Shown piece by piece: positions 10,432-20,545 of a stretch of DNA of 64,000 nt (positions are counted from its first letter, which is position 1; each line of letters starts with the position of its first letter). This stretch comes from an uncultured Actinomycetes bacterium (GTDB lineage: Bacteria; Actinomycetota; Thermoleophilia; Gaiellales; Gaiellaceae): assembly GCA_963796625.1 (NCBI GenBank), contig CAWCME010000007.1, positions 103,706 through 167,705 on the forward strand, given 5' to 3'. Both the position numbers and the translations under genes were made by a program. Below the pieces are notes generated by a model. That model was not told the origin of the DNA. It ran no database searches and saw only the letters and a list, made by a program, of their open reading frames with translations.

Positions 10432-10686
10432 ATGGCACACAAGAAGGGCCTCGGCTCGTCGAAGAACGGGCGCGACTCGAACCCGCAGTACCTCGGAGTC
10501 AAGATCTTCGGCGGCCAGGACGTCCGCGCCGGGCAGATCATCGTCCGCCAGCGCGGGACGAGGTTCCGGCCCGGCCCGGGCACCAAGCTGGGCCGCGACG
10601 ACACGATCTTCGCCGTCCGTGACGGCAAGGCGGAGTTCCGCCGTAGCGGCGAGCACCGCTCGGTGGCGGTCGTCGACGCGGGCTAG
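10432..10686 (+). CDS. rpmA: 50S ribosomal protein L27
   Basis: Intact ORF reading [51 protein letters not shown]. Confidence 0.95.
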   Translation: MAHKKGLGSSKNGRDSNPQYLGVKIFGGQDVRAGQIIVRQRGTRFRPGPGTKLGRDDTIFAVRDGKAEFRRSGEHRSVAVVDAG

Positions 10687-11910
<1,224 letters not shown>

Positions 11911-11914
<4 letters not shown>

Positions 11915-12484
11915 TCGGCCTCTTCGGCGGTGCGTTCGACCCGCCGCACAACGGGCATGTCGCGCTCGTGCAGGCGGCGAGGCAAGCGCTCGACCTGGAC
12001 GAGGTGGTCGTGACCGTGGCCGCGTCCCCGGGCCACAAGGATGTGGACACGCCGGCCGAGGTGCGCCTCGAGCTGGCGCGCGCCGCGTTCCCCGCCGAGG
12101 CGGTCGTCCTCGACGAGCATCCGCGCACGATCGACACGATCCGCGCGCATCCGGACTGGGAAGGCGCGACGTTCCTGCTCGGGGCGGACGAGTTCGCGGG
12201 GTTCCTCGACTGGAAGGAGCCGCGAGGAGCTGCTGCGCCGCCTCCGGCTCGGCGTCGCGACGAGGCCCGGCTACCCGCGCCGGGGGCTCGAGGAGGTGCT
12301 CGGTCGGCTCGCGGCTCCGGAGCGCGTCCGCTTCTTCGACCTCGAGCCGCTCCCGATCGCCTCGCGCGAGCTGCGCGCCCGCCTCGAGCGCGGCGAGGAC
12401 GTCCGCGACCTCGTCCCCGCCGCGGTCTGGGAGCTGATCGAGCGCGCCGGCCTCTACGGCCGCCGCTCCGCCGGGCGGGCGTGA
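11911..12484 (+). CDS. nadD: Nicotinate-nucleotide adenylyltransferase; one frame break near 12225
   Basis: VIGLFGGAFDPPHNGHVALV.. (GTG 11911 overlaps the obg stop as GTGA). It continues in ORF 12041..12484 as ..LRLGVATRPGY..IASRELRARL. Confidence 0.85.
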
Positions 12485-12503
12485 ACGACTACACTGGCGC
12501 AGC

Positions 12504-12860
12504 TTGACGTCGACCGAACAGGCACGCCGCATCGCGGCGCTCGCGCAGGAGAAGCTCGCACGCGACGTCGTCATCCTCGATATGCGGCCGGTGTGCAGCT
12601 ACACCGACTACTTCGTGATCTGCACGGGCAACAACCCGCGCCAGACCAAGGCGATCTGGGACGAGGTCCACGCCCGGCTCAAGCAGGACGACGGCCTCCT
12701 GCCGCGCTCGTCCGCGGGCGAGGGCGAGGCGACCTGGATCGTCGCCGACTACCTCGACGTCGTGCTGCACGTCTTCACCCCCGAGGCACGCGACTTCTAC
12801 GGCCTCGAGGACCTCTGGGGCGACGTTCCCCAGGAGTCGCCCGAGGCGGCGAGCGCCTGA
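12504..12860 (+). CDS. rsfS: Ribosomal silencing factor RsfS (iojap family)
   Basis: Intact ORF containing DVVILDMRPVCSYTDYFVICTGNNPRQTKAIWDEV..WIVADYLDVVLHVFTPEARDFYGLEDLWGD. It has the conserved position after nadD. Confidence 0.9.
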   Translation: MTSTEQARRIAALAQEKLARDVVILDMRPVCSYTDYFVICTGNNPRQTKAIWDEVHARLKQDDGLLPRSSAGEGEATWIVADYLDVVLHVFTPEARDFYGLEDLWGDVPQESPEAASA

Positions 12861-12978
12861 AGATGTCGGTGGTGGCGCGGCGGTGCAGCTGTGCCTCGGC
12901 CCGAGTCGCAACAACCGACGTCGCGGAATCAACTGGACCGGGCACTTCGAGTTCGGAGCTACACTTACGGAGACTCCC

Positions 12979-13051
12979 GGGCCCATAGCTCAGCTGGGAG
13001 AGCGCTAGCATGGCATGCTAGAGGCCGTCGGTTCGAGCCCGACTGGGTCCA
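12979..13051 (+). tRNA. tRNA-Ala (anticodon GGC)
   Basis: I folded this 73-nt cloverleaf by hand. The acceptor stem is GGGCCCA/TGGGTCC with G3:U70. The D arm is GCTC..GAGC. The anticodon stem is CTAGC/GCTAG with loop ATGGCAT. The T arm is GTCGG-TTCGAGC-CCGAC and the discriminator is A. No CCA is encoded. Confidence 0.9.
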
Positions 13052-13131
13052 TCCGTCGCTGGGGATTGCGAGGGTTCATCGCCGTGACCTCGGCGGTTGT
13101 TCCAGGTTCCTTTCGGCTACGAGGGAGGTTG

Positions 13132-13803
13132 TCAGTCCTGTGCCTGGTTCCTGAGGAGTGCGACTGCCCCCGTGCGGTCCGAGACGTCGAGTTTGCGCAC
13201 GATCGCCGTGATGTGTGCCCGCACGGCGGAGGGTGAGATCAGGAGCCGGGCGGCGATCTCGTTGGTTGACTGGCCGCGCCGCAGCTCCTCGAGTATTTGC
13301 CACTCGCGGCTCGTCAGGCGTTGCAGGAGCTCGCGTGTGGAGACGAGCGCACGTCGGCGAGGGTCTCCGGAGCGGAACTCGGCGACGAGACGGGTGACGA
13401 GCTCTGGTGCGATTGCGGCTCTTCCCTCATGCACGTCGTGAAGCCGATCGGGCAGGAGGCGTGGATTGATGTTCTTGAGCAGATAGCCGTGGGCGCCGGA
13501 ACGGAGCGCCGCGAAGAGGTCAGCATCGTCTTCTGACACGGTCAGCATCACGATTCTGGTCTCGGTGAGCCGCGAAGCGATCTCCCACAGGGCCACGAGG
13601 CCGCTGCCGGGCATGCGGATATCCAACAAGCAGAGGTCGGGCCGGTCTCGCAGCGCAGCGGCCACAGCCCCGGATGCGTCCGTGGCCTCTCCGCAGATCT
13701 CGAAGCGCGAGTCGCGTGTGAACGCTCGGCGGATGTCCTCGCGCGTGGGTTCGTGATCGTCGGCGACGAGTAGGCGCAACCGCGGTGAGGGCGGGCTGGT
13801 CAC
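13132..13803 (-). CDS. NarL/FixJ-family response regulator (REC domain plus LuxR helix-turn-helix)
   Basis: LRLLVADDHEPTRED..DLCLLDIRMPG..IVMLTVSEDDADLFAALRSGAHGYLLK..LTSREWQILEELRRGQSTNEIAARLLISPSAVRAHITAIVRKL. The GTG at 13803 overlaps the kinase stop (GTGA). Confidence 0.9.
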   Translation of the reverse strand: MTSPPSPRLRLLVADDHEPTREDIRRAFTRDSRFEICGEATDASGAVAAALRDRPDLCLLDIRMPGSGLVALWEIASRLTETRIVMLTVSEDDADLFAALRSGAHGYLLKNINPRLLPDRLHDVHEGRAAIAPELVTRLVAEFRSGDPRRRALVSTRELLQRLTSREWQILEELRRGQSTNEIAARLLISPSAVRAHITAIVRKLDVSDRTGAVALLRNQAQD

Positions 13804-15197
13804 AGCGCGAGCCGGACTGTCGTCCCCCGACCCGGATGCGTGCGAATCGAGAACTCGGCGCCGATCGCCGCTGCACGCTGCCGCATCGAGATGAGCCCGA
13901 AATGATCCCCGGTGATCAGCGCCCGCTGATCGAAACCCCGCCCCTTGTCGGCGACCCGCAGGTGTGTGCGCCGGCCCCGCCGCTCGACGTCGACCAGCAC
14001 GGACGCCACGCCGCTGTGGATGACGGCGTTGTTGACTGCCTCGCACGCAACGCGTAACAGTGCGTCGATGCGGATCGGGTCCAAGCTGATCCCAGGTGCT
14101 ACACGGATCTCCACCTGGGCACCGTGCCGCGCCGCGGTCTCGCGGAGGACGCGGTCGAGCTGTTGCTCGAGCGGCTCGTCGCCCGGTTGGGCGAGCGCAT
14201 CGATCACCTGCCGCGTCTCGCGATGGGCCCGCTCGGCCGCCGCCTGAAGCCGGTCGGACAGGTCGTGCTCGGCGTCGCCCTCCCGCAGCAGCGGCACGTT
14301 ACGACGGATGAATGCGATCTCCTGAGCGAGACCGTCGTGCAGGTCGCGTGCAATCCGTTGTCGTTCTCCGAGCGCCGCGACGGTCGCGGAAGCCTGCCAG
14401 TAAGACGCAATCTCGCGGAGTGCGCCACAGAACAGCGCGACGAAGAAGGCGATCCGGAAGAGGTCGCCGACCGACACCCAGTCCGAGAAGAGAGAAGGGT
14501 AGAGGAAGTAGTTGACATGGGAGAAGCTCGCAAGCACGCAGGCGAGGGCCAGCCAGCGGGCCAACTCGTCGCGGTTGCGGCCGCCCCTCCGTTCGAAGGC
14601 CACTGCCGCAGCGCCGTAGAGCACTGCGGCCAACAGTTGCAGCGTGAGCAGGGTCGGGTCGCCGGCGAGATGCGGTCGCTGAGAAGGCGCCGGCGGGAGC
14701 CTGACCGAGATTCCCGAAGGCAATACGTGTCGGAACGCGGCTACACCCGCGCCGATCACCAGAAAGAGAGCGAGCGAGGCAAGAACGCTGATGGCCGCCC
14801 ACCGTCGTGGTTGTCGCAGTGTTCGCAGCGGCGCGAAGGCGGCCGCCGCGATCAGCGCGCAGCCCACCGTTCGGCCGACCAGTGCGGCCCAGATCGCGGC
14901 CGTGCCGCGGGCCGCCGCCGTGCTGTCGAGGACAACACCGTAAGCGAAGTTGGTGGACACGAGAAGGCATAGGCCACACAGAAGGAGCGCCTCGTCGAGT
15001 CGGGCGTCGAGGCGCAGGCGGCCAAAGACCAGAAACGCCGCCAGGATGGCCACCAGCGAGCCGCTCGACTCGAGGGCGACGTGGAGAGTCTCTCGGTGAT
15101 ATGTGTAGTCCAGCCCTGGCAGAACCGCGACGGCAATCGTGATCAGCGCCGAAACGGCCACCAATGTCACAAATGGTGCGCCCATCCGCGTGTTCAT
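13800..15197 (-). CDS. Membrane sensor histidine kinase (HisKA_3 plus HATPase_c) with a polytopic N-terminal domain
   Basis: ERQRIARDLHDGLAQEIAF is the H-box. ACEAVNNAVIHSG..VADKGRGF..GLISMRQRAAAIGAEFSI are the N, G1 and G2 boxes. Several hydrophobic segments lie N-terminal. The ATG at 15197 (MNTRMGAPF) is the first Met before the first transmembrane segment. Confidence 0.85.
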   Translation of the reverse strand: MNTRMGAPFVTLVAVSALITIAVAVLPGLDYTYHRETLHVALESSGSLVAILAAFLVFGRLRLDARLDEALLLCGLCLLVSTNFAYGVVLDSTAAARGTAAIWAALVGRTVGCALIAAAAFAPLRTLRQPRRWAAISVLASLALFLVIGAGVAAFRHVLPSGISVRLPPAPSQRPHLAGDPTLLTLQLLAAVLYGAAAVAFERRGGRNRDELARWLALACVLASFSHVNYFLYPSLFSDWVSVGDLFRIAFFVALFCGALREIASYWQASATVAALGERQRIARDLHDGLAQEIAFIRRNVPLLREGDAEHDLSDRLQAAAERAHRETRQVIDALAQPGDEPLEQQLDRVLRETAARHGAQVEIRVAPGISLDPIRIDALLRVACEAVNNAVIHSGVASVLVDVERRGRRTHLRVADKGRGFDQRALITGDHFGLISMRQRAAAIGAEFSIRTHPGRGTTVRLAL

Positions 15198-15557
15198 GCG
15201 CACACGGTACGAAACTCGAGCCGGCACCACAAGCCCCGATCCACGCCGACAAGTCCGAACGCTCCGCCGCCGAGGCGTTGCCTTCCCGGACACCTCCTCA
15301 GAGGCGACTCGTACGCTCTCCGAGCTGGCCTGTGATCGTTCGTCGGCTGCCGGCCGCGCCGCAGGTAACCCTTCCGCCCAGCCGAACTCGCACGCCTGGC
15401 CGTGATCACGGCGATCGCTTGCCGTTGGCGGACAACACGGGTGGGAGCGCTTAGAAATCTGAGCGGCACGGGGATTGCGGCCGGGGGCCGCCCCGGCAAC
15501 GATCACCGGCAGAAGCTGACCACGATTCGGTCCAGGACCCGACGGGAGGAAGCATTC

Positions 15558-15740
15558 ATGTCCGTTGCAACAGCCGTAATGTTCAACGTCGCTCTCGACG
15601 TCTGCGTCGTCGCGGGGCTCGCGTCCATCTGCTGGATCCCCTTCCGGCGCGATCGTCACGCTGCCGCCGTTCAGCACAAGCCAGAACTGGAAGCCGCCTC
15701 GCACGCCGGTCATTCGGATCTTGCGGTAGCGACGGAGTAG
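15558..15740 (+). CDS. Hypothetical 60-aa small membrane protein; weak call inside a degraded zone
   Basis: The ATG at 15558 is preceded by GGGAGGAAG. The N-terminus MSVATAVMFNVALDVCVVAGLASICWIPF is hydrophobic. Third-position GC is visibly lower than in neighbouring genes. Confidence 0.25.
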   Translation: MSVATAVMFNVALDVCVVAGLASICWIPFRRDRHAAAVQHKPELEAASHAGHSDLAVATE

Positions 15741-15842
15741 CGCGCAGAGAGACGTCTTCCCCGCGCCGGGACACTCCCGCCCGTCGGGATCGGCGACGTA
15801 GCGGGCCAACCTCCGCTCTTTGGCTCGGGTTGGGCTCTCGCG

Positions 15843-16025
15843 GTGACGACCTGCCCGACCTGCGCTAGCGAGAATCGCGAGGGGCGCAGGTTGGCAGCGC
15901 AGGGCGAGACGGGCGACGCCGACGCGTTGCGAGTCGGAGCGCGCGAGACCTTCGCCCGCCTCGGCGCAGCACCCTGGCTCGACCGCGTCGATCGGGCGCG
16001 GGTCGGAGTCGGGGTCGGCGCCTGA
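15843..16025 (+). pseudogene. Internal-deletion remnant of a paralogue of the downstream cyclase-ATPase-TPR gene
   Basis: The start of the 60-aa ORF, VTTCPTCASENREG, matches the zinc-ribbon start of 16076..19588 (CPGCGIENPDG). Its end, ARETFARLGAAPWLDRV, matches that protein's C-terminus (ATELFEHLRATPWLERV). Confidence 0.5.
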
Positions 16026-16075
16026 CCTGCACGAAGGGCCGGCAAGACAACGCACCCAGTAGGCTCCCGCCAGCG

Positions 16076-19000
16076 ATGCACTGTCCCGGCTGCGGCATCG
16101 AGAACCCCGACGGCAAGAAGTTCTGCGGCGACTGCGGCAGCCCGCTCGCCCTGGATTGCCCAACGTGCGGGAGCCCGAACCCTCCCGGCAAGCGGTACTG
16201 CGGCGAATGCGGCGCCACGTTGGCAGGCGAAGGGCAGCCGAAGGCCCAACCGCCCGCCGCGCACGAGGCTGGAGCCGCCGAGCGCCGTCTGGTCTCCGTG
16301 CTGTTCGCCGACCTGGTCGGGTTCACCACTCTCTCGGAGTCGCGCGACGCGGAAGAGGTGCGCGAGCTGCTGTCGCGCTACTTCGAGACCTGCCGCAGGC
16401 TGATCTCGCTCTACGGGGGGACGGTCGAGAAGTTCATCGGCGACGCGGTGATGGCAGTCTGGGGGACGCCCGTCGCGACCGAGGACGACGCCGAGCGGGC
16501 GGTGCGGGCCGCACTCGAGCTCGTCGCCGCGGTCTCCGCTCTCGGTCAGGAGGTGGGTGCGGAGGGGTTGCGGGCGCGCGCCGGCGTGCTGACGGGGGAG
16601 GCGGCGGTGACCCTCGGCGCCGAGGGCCAGGGAATGGTTGCGGGCGACCTGGTCAACACGGCCTCCCGCGTCCAGTCCGCGGCTGAGCCGGGGAGCGTCT
16701 ACGTCGGCGAGTCGACGCGCCGCGCCAGCGACCAGACGATCGCCTACGAGGACGCGGGCTCGTTCGAGCTCAAGGGCAAGGAGGGGCTGACCCCGCTCTG
16801 GAAGGCGCAGCGGGTGCTGTCGGGGCTGCGCGGCTCGCTCCGCTCGCACGGGCTCGAGGCGCCGTTCGTGGGCCGCGACCGCGAGCTGCGGCAGATCAAG
16901 GAGCTCTTTCACACCTGCGCCGACGAGCGGAAGGCGCACCTCGCTTCGCTGATCGGCATCGCGGGGATCGGCAAGTCGCGCCTCGTCTGGGAGTTCTACA
17001 AGTACTTCGACGGCCTGGCGGACACCATCTACTGGCATCGGGGACGCTGCCTCTCCTACGGCGAGGGGGTCACCTACTGGGCGCTCGCGGACATGGTCCG
17101 CATGCGCTGCCGCATCTCCGAGGACGAGGAGTCGGCTACTGCGCAGGCAAAGCTTCGCGCCACGCTCGAGGAGCACATCCTCGATCCCGGGGAACGGGGC
17201 TTTCTCGAGCCCCGCCTCGCCCACCTGCTCGGGCTGACCGAGTTCCAGGCACGCGATCAGCAGGAGCTCTTCGCGGCCTGGCGCCTCTTCTTCGAGCGCC
17301 TGGCCGAGAGCTACCCGACGGTGCTCGCCTTCGAGGACGTGCAATGGGCCGACGCGAGCCTGCTCGACTTCATCGAGCACCTGCTCGACTGGTCGCGCAA
17401 CCACCCGATCCTCGTGCTCACGCTGGCCCGGCCGGAGCTGCACGAGCGGCGGCCGACCTGGGGTGCCGGCCAGCGGAGCTTTACCTCCCTCTACCTCGAG
17501 CCGCTCACCCGGCAGGCCATGGAGGAGCTGCTGGCCGGGCTCGTCCCGGGGCTCCCGGCGAGCGTGCGCGACCGCGTCCTCGAGCGCGCCGAGGGCATCC
17601 CCCTCTACGCGGTCGAGACCGTGCGGATGCTGCTCGACCGGGGGCTCGTCGTGCCCGAGGGCCGCGCCTACCGGGTGGCCGGCGAGATCGATGCGCTCGA
17701 GGTCCCGGAGACGCTCCATGCGCTGATCGCCGCACGGCTCGACGGGCTCTCCGTCGCCGAGCGGCGGCTCCTCCAGGACGGAGCGGTGCTCGGCAAGACC
17801 TTTGCGAAGAGCACGCTGGCCGAGCTTGCCGGCAGCGACCGCGAGCTCGACGCGCTGCTCGCCTCCCTCGTCCGCAAGGAAGTTCTCGGCCTGCAGGCCG
17901 ACCCTCGCTCGCCCGAGCACGGCCAGTACGGCTTCCTGCAGGACCTCGTGCGGCATGTCGCCTACGAGACGCTTTCGAAGCGCGAGCGCCGGTCGAAGCA
18001 CCTGGCGGCCGCGGAGGCCCTGAGCCGGTCGTTCGCCGCCGACGAGGACGAGGTGGTCGAGGTGATCGCCTCCCACTACCTTGCCGCTCATCAGGCCGCT
18101 CCCGACGCCGAGGGCTCGGATGAGATCAAGCACAAGGCGAAGGCGATGCTCGTCCGCGCCGGCGAGCGCGCCGGCTCGCTGGCCGCCGCAGCAGAGGCCC
18201 GGCGCTACTTCGAGCAGGCGGCCGGGCTCAGCGAGGAGCGGGCGGAGCGGGCCGAGCTGCTCGGCCGTGCAGGCGACATGTCCGTCGACTCGGGCGACCC
18301 GGACGGTGCGCGCAGGCTGTTCGAGGAGGCGATCGGCCTGCGCGAGGAGCTCGGCGACCTGCACGGCGCCGCCCGGATCCTGTTCAAGCTCGCGCGCGTC
18401 GATGCGTTCACGGGGCGTCGGGACGAGGGGCTCGCCCGGATGGAGCGGGCGTTCGAGGTCATCTCGGCCGACGAGCCCGACGAGGATCTTGCGCTGCTGG
18501 CGGTGGGCCTGGCGCTCGGATACTGGTACAGCGGCGACCTCGAGCGGGCCGCCGAGCGGGCCGAGCTGGCCCTCGACATCGCCGAGGCGCATGCCTACCC
18601 GGCGGTGCTCGCGGCCGCGCTGCACGCGAAGGCGGCCCTTGCGGTGAGCCGGGGCCACGCCGAGGAGGCCGACGCGCTCGAGAAGAAGGCGCTCCAGATC
18701 CGGCTCGACAACGACCTGATCGAGGCGACGAGCAGCTACTTCGTCCTCTCCGACCAGTGCTTCCGCCGCGACGAGTACCTGGAGGCGCTCGAGTACCTCG
18801 ACCGGGCGCTTGCCCTGTCGCGCAAGCGCGGCAACCGCCCCAACGAGTGGGCCGTGCTGGCCGAGCGAACCTACCCCCTGCTCATGCTGGGCCGCTGGGA
18901 CGAGGCGCAGGCCACGAGCTCGGAGTTCACGCCCGGCCAGATCGACGCCGGCGGAGTCGTGCTGAGCCTGCTCCAGTCCGCGGTCGAGATCCACATCCAG

Positions 19001-19588
19001 CGGGGCGAGCTGGAGGGCGCGCGGCGTGTCTTCTCGCTCTTCTCCCGCCTCGAGGAGTCGACCGACGTCCAGGAGCGCTCCTGCTACCTGGGCTCGCGCG
19101 CCGCCCTCCGCCGCGCCGAGGGGAGAGCGCACGACGCGCTGGCCGACGGCGAGGCGACGATCGAGGCCGGCCGCACGCTCGGACTGTCCGCGCAGATGGT
19201 CAAGCAGGGCATCGTCGAGGCTGCCGAGGCCGCATTCGCGCTCGGCGAGACGGCCAGGCTCGAGGAGCTGCTGGCCTCGATCGAGAACGTCCCGGCGGGC
19301 TCGCGTCCGCCGTACCTCGACGCCCAGGCCAGGCGTCTGCGGGCTCGCCTGGCAGGCGACGGCGCCGGGTACGAGGCCGCCGCCGAACGCTTCCGGGAGC
19401 TGGGCACGCCGTTCTGGCTCGCGGTCACATTGCTCGAGCACGGCGAGTCCCTCGCCCGGCAGAGCCGGCCCGGCGAGGCCGAGCCGCTGCTCGCGGAGGC
19501 GACCGAGCTCTTCGAGCACCTCCGGGCGACGCCCTGGCTCGAGCGAGTCGCGGTCGCCGCCCGCACCGAGCCACCCGTCCCCGCCTGA
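16076..19588 (+). CDS. Multidomain signalling protein: double zinc ribbon, class III adenylate/guanylate cyclase, STAND/AAA ATPase and TPR
   Basis: Intact 1170-aa ORF. Zinc ribbons: CPGCG..CGDCG..CPTCG..CGECG. Cyclase: RLVSVLFADLVGFT, KFIGDAVMAVWG, GDLVNTASRVQS. Walker A: GIAGIGKSRL. Walker B-like: VLAFEDVQWAD. The C-terminal half is helical and TPR-like. No helix-turn-helix is visible. Confidence 0.9.
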   Translation: MHCPGCGIENPDGKKFCGDCGSPLALDCPTCGSPNPPGKRYCGECGATLAGEGQPKAQPPAAHEAGAAERRLVSVLFADLVGFTTLSESRDAEEVRELLSRYFETCRRLISLYGGTVEKFIGDAVMAVWGTPVATEDDAERAVRAALELVAAVSALGQEVGAEGLRARAGVLTGEAAVTLGAEGQGMVAGDLVNTASRVQSAAEPGSVYVGESTRRASDQTIAYEDAGSFELKGKEGLTPLWKAQRVLSGLRGSLRSHGLEAPFVGRDRELRQIKELFHTCADERKAHLASLIGIAGIGKSRLVWEFYKYFDGLADTIYWHRGRCLSYGEGVTYWALADMVRMRCRISEDEESATAQAKLRATLEEHILDPGERGFLEPRLAHLLGLTEFQARDQQELFAAWRLFFERLAESYPTVLAFEDVQWADASLLDFIEHLLDWSRNHPILVLTLARPELHERRPTWGAGQRSFTSLYLEPLTRQAMEELLAGLVPGLPASVRDRVLERAEGIPLYAVETVRMLLDRGLVVPEGRAYRVAGEIDALEVPETLHALIAARLDGLSVAERRLLQDGAVLGKTFAKSTLAELAGSDRELDALLASLVRKEVLGLQADPRSPEHGQYGFLQDLVRHVAYETLSKRERRSKHLAAAEALSRSFAADEDEVVEVIASHYLAAHQAAPDAEGSDEIKHKAKAMLVRAGERAGSLAAAAEARRYFEQAAGLSEERAERAELLGRAGDMSVDSGDPDGARRLFEEAIGLREELGDLHGAARILFKLARVDAFTGRRDEGLARMERAFEVISADEPDEDLALLAVGLALGYWYSGDLERAAERAELALDIAEAHAYPAVLAAALHAKAALAVSRGHAEEADALEKKALQIRLDNDLIEATSSYFVLSDQCFRRDEYLEALEYLDRALALSRKRGNRPNEWAVLAERTYPLLMLGRWDEAQATSSEFTPGQIDAGGVVLSLLQSAVEIHIQRGELEGARRVFSLFSRLEESTDVQERSCYLGSRAALRRAEGRAHDALADGEATIEAGRTLGLSAQMVKQGIVEAAEAAFALGETARLEELLASIENVPAGSRPPYLDAQARRLRARLAGDGAGYEAAAERFRELGTPFWLAVTLLEHGESLARQSRPGEAEPLLAEATELFEHLRATPWLERVAVAARTEPPVPA

Positions 19589-19591
19589 GTC

Positions 19592-19636
19592 GCCCCTTCG
19601 GGGGCCTGCACCCCAGGATCCCGGAACGGGTGCAGG
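19592..19636. terminator. Two adjacent hairpins between convergent genes (likely bidirectional terminator)
   Basis: Hairpin 1 is GCCCC-TTCG-GGGGC (19592-19605). Hairpin 2 is CCTGCACCC (19605-19613) paired with GGGTGCAGG (19628-19636). They sit between the cyclase stop (19588) and the aquaporin stop (19652). Confidence 0.5.
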
Positions 19637-19651
19637 CCCGGAACGTTGAGC

Positions 19652-20329
19652 TCAGCCCTCCTCGAACCCCGGCGAGGCGGACTTGACGACGGACGAATGG
19701 ATCAACCAGGCGAGGACGGCGCCCGCAAGCGGGGCCGTGAGGTAGATCCAGACCCCGGTCCACTTGCCGCCGACGATGTCCGGGCCGAGCGTTCGCGCCG
19801 GGTTCACCGACGAGCCGCTGAACGGGATTGCGGCCAGGTGGACGGCGACGAGCGTGAGCGGGATCGAGATCAGCGCGCTCTTCGCATACCCGGCGCTGCT
19901 CGAGGCCTGCAGGATCACCCCGACGAAGATGGCGCTGAAGAGGAACTCGACGAACCAGGTCTTCCCGTCGCTCAGACCGGGATAGGTTCCTGTTTCCTTG
20001 ACCGCGAACCTGCTCGTGAAGAGCGCGAGCGCCAGGCTCGCGAGTACGGCCCCGATCACCTGGAAGACCCAGTAGGCGAGGAGCGCGGGCGGCTCGAGGC
20101 GGCGGTCGAGGGCCATTGCGAGCGACACAGCCGGGTTGAAGTGGCCTCCGGAGACCTCGGCCATCCAGTAGAGGCCCGCCAGGAGCGAGAGGCCGAAGGC
20201 GAAGGCGACCATGACGTTGAACGATGCATTCTGCTGCGCCGTCTTCGCTGCGACGATCGCGGTCGTTCCGCCGAACACGAGCGTGAACGTTCCCAGCGCT
20301 TCGGCGATGTACTTGCGCGCGGTACCCAT
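19652..20329 (-). CDS. MIP-family channel (aquaporin / glycerol facilitator)
   Basis: Two NPA boxes (GGHFNPAVS and SSVNPARTL) and six hydrophobic segments. The ATG at 20329 (MGTARKYI) is preceded by GGGAGG. Confidence 0.9.
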   Translation of the reverse strand: MGTARKYIAEALGTFTLVFGGTTAIVAAKTAQQNASFNVMVAFAFGLSLLAGLYWMAEVSGGHFNPAVSLAMALDRRLEPPALLAYWVFQVIGAVLASLALALFTSRFAVKETGTYPGLSDGKTWFVEFLFSAIFVGVILQASSSAGYAKSALISIPLTLVAVHLAAIPFSGSSVNPARTLGPDIVGGKWTGVWIYLTAPLAGAVLAWLIHSSVVKSASPGFEEG

Positions 20330-20545
20330 CTGTCGGCTGCCTCCCTGAGATTTGGTTGCGACGATCTGCGAAGCGCGAGGGACGAGGCCGGCTGCCTGAC
20401 CGGCCCTCACCCGTTCCGGGGAAGCCTAGGACGGCCGCCGGACGGGTCGAGTCCGGCCGCGGTTCCGATCGGGGTGGTCTGGTAGGGTCGTCTCCGCCTC
20501 AGCCCGTCCGAGCGCTCGCCCCTGCCTGTTTACGAAGGGATTGCA

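Noticed and set aside
12979-13140. tRNA-Ala as a possible genomic-island integration site
   Set aside because: There is no integrase, no direct repeat of the tRNA 3' end, and no mobility genes in the following 30 kb. The downstream genes have host-like codon bias.
15700-15830. Minus-strand P-loop-like fragment ..ECPGAGKTSLCALLRRYRKI..
   Set aside because: It is an isolated Walker-A-like string with no start codon, no downstream Walker B or family motifs, and poor codon bias. It cannot be called a gene and is noted only as possible debris.
15710-19519. 1269-aa minus-strand ORF. Similar giant ORFs occur at 41303..44296 (-), 35637..38393 (-), 6864..9371 (-) and 58256..61033 (-).
   Set aside because: Each is exactly antisense to a gene with unmistakable motifs (cyclase-STAND, uvrA, uvrB, rne, hppA). 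Their translations are Arg/Ala/Gly/Pro low-complexity. Open antisense frames are expected at this GC content.
20330-20545. Structured-looking GC hairpins in the aquaporin/PLDc_N divergent intergenic region, as a possible riboswitch or sRNA
   Set aside because: No conserved riboswitch core motif is recognisable by eye. Covariance-model search would be needed.
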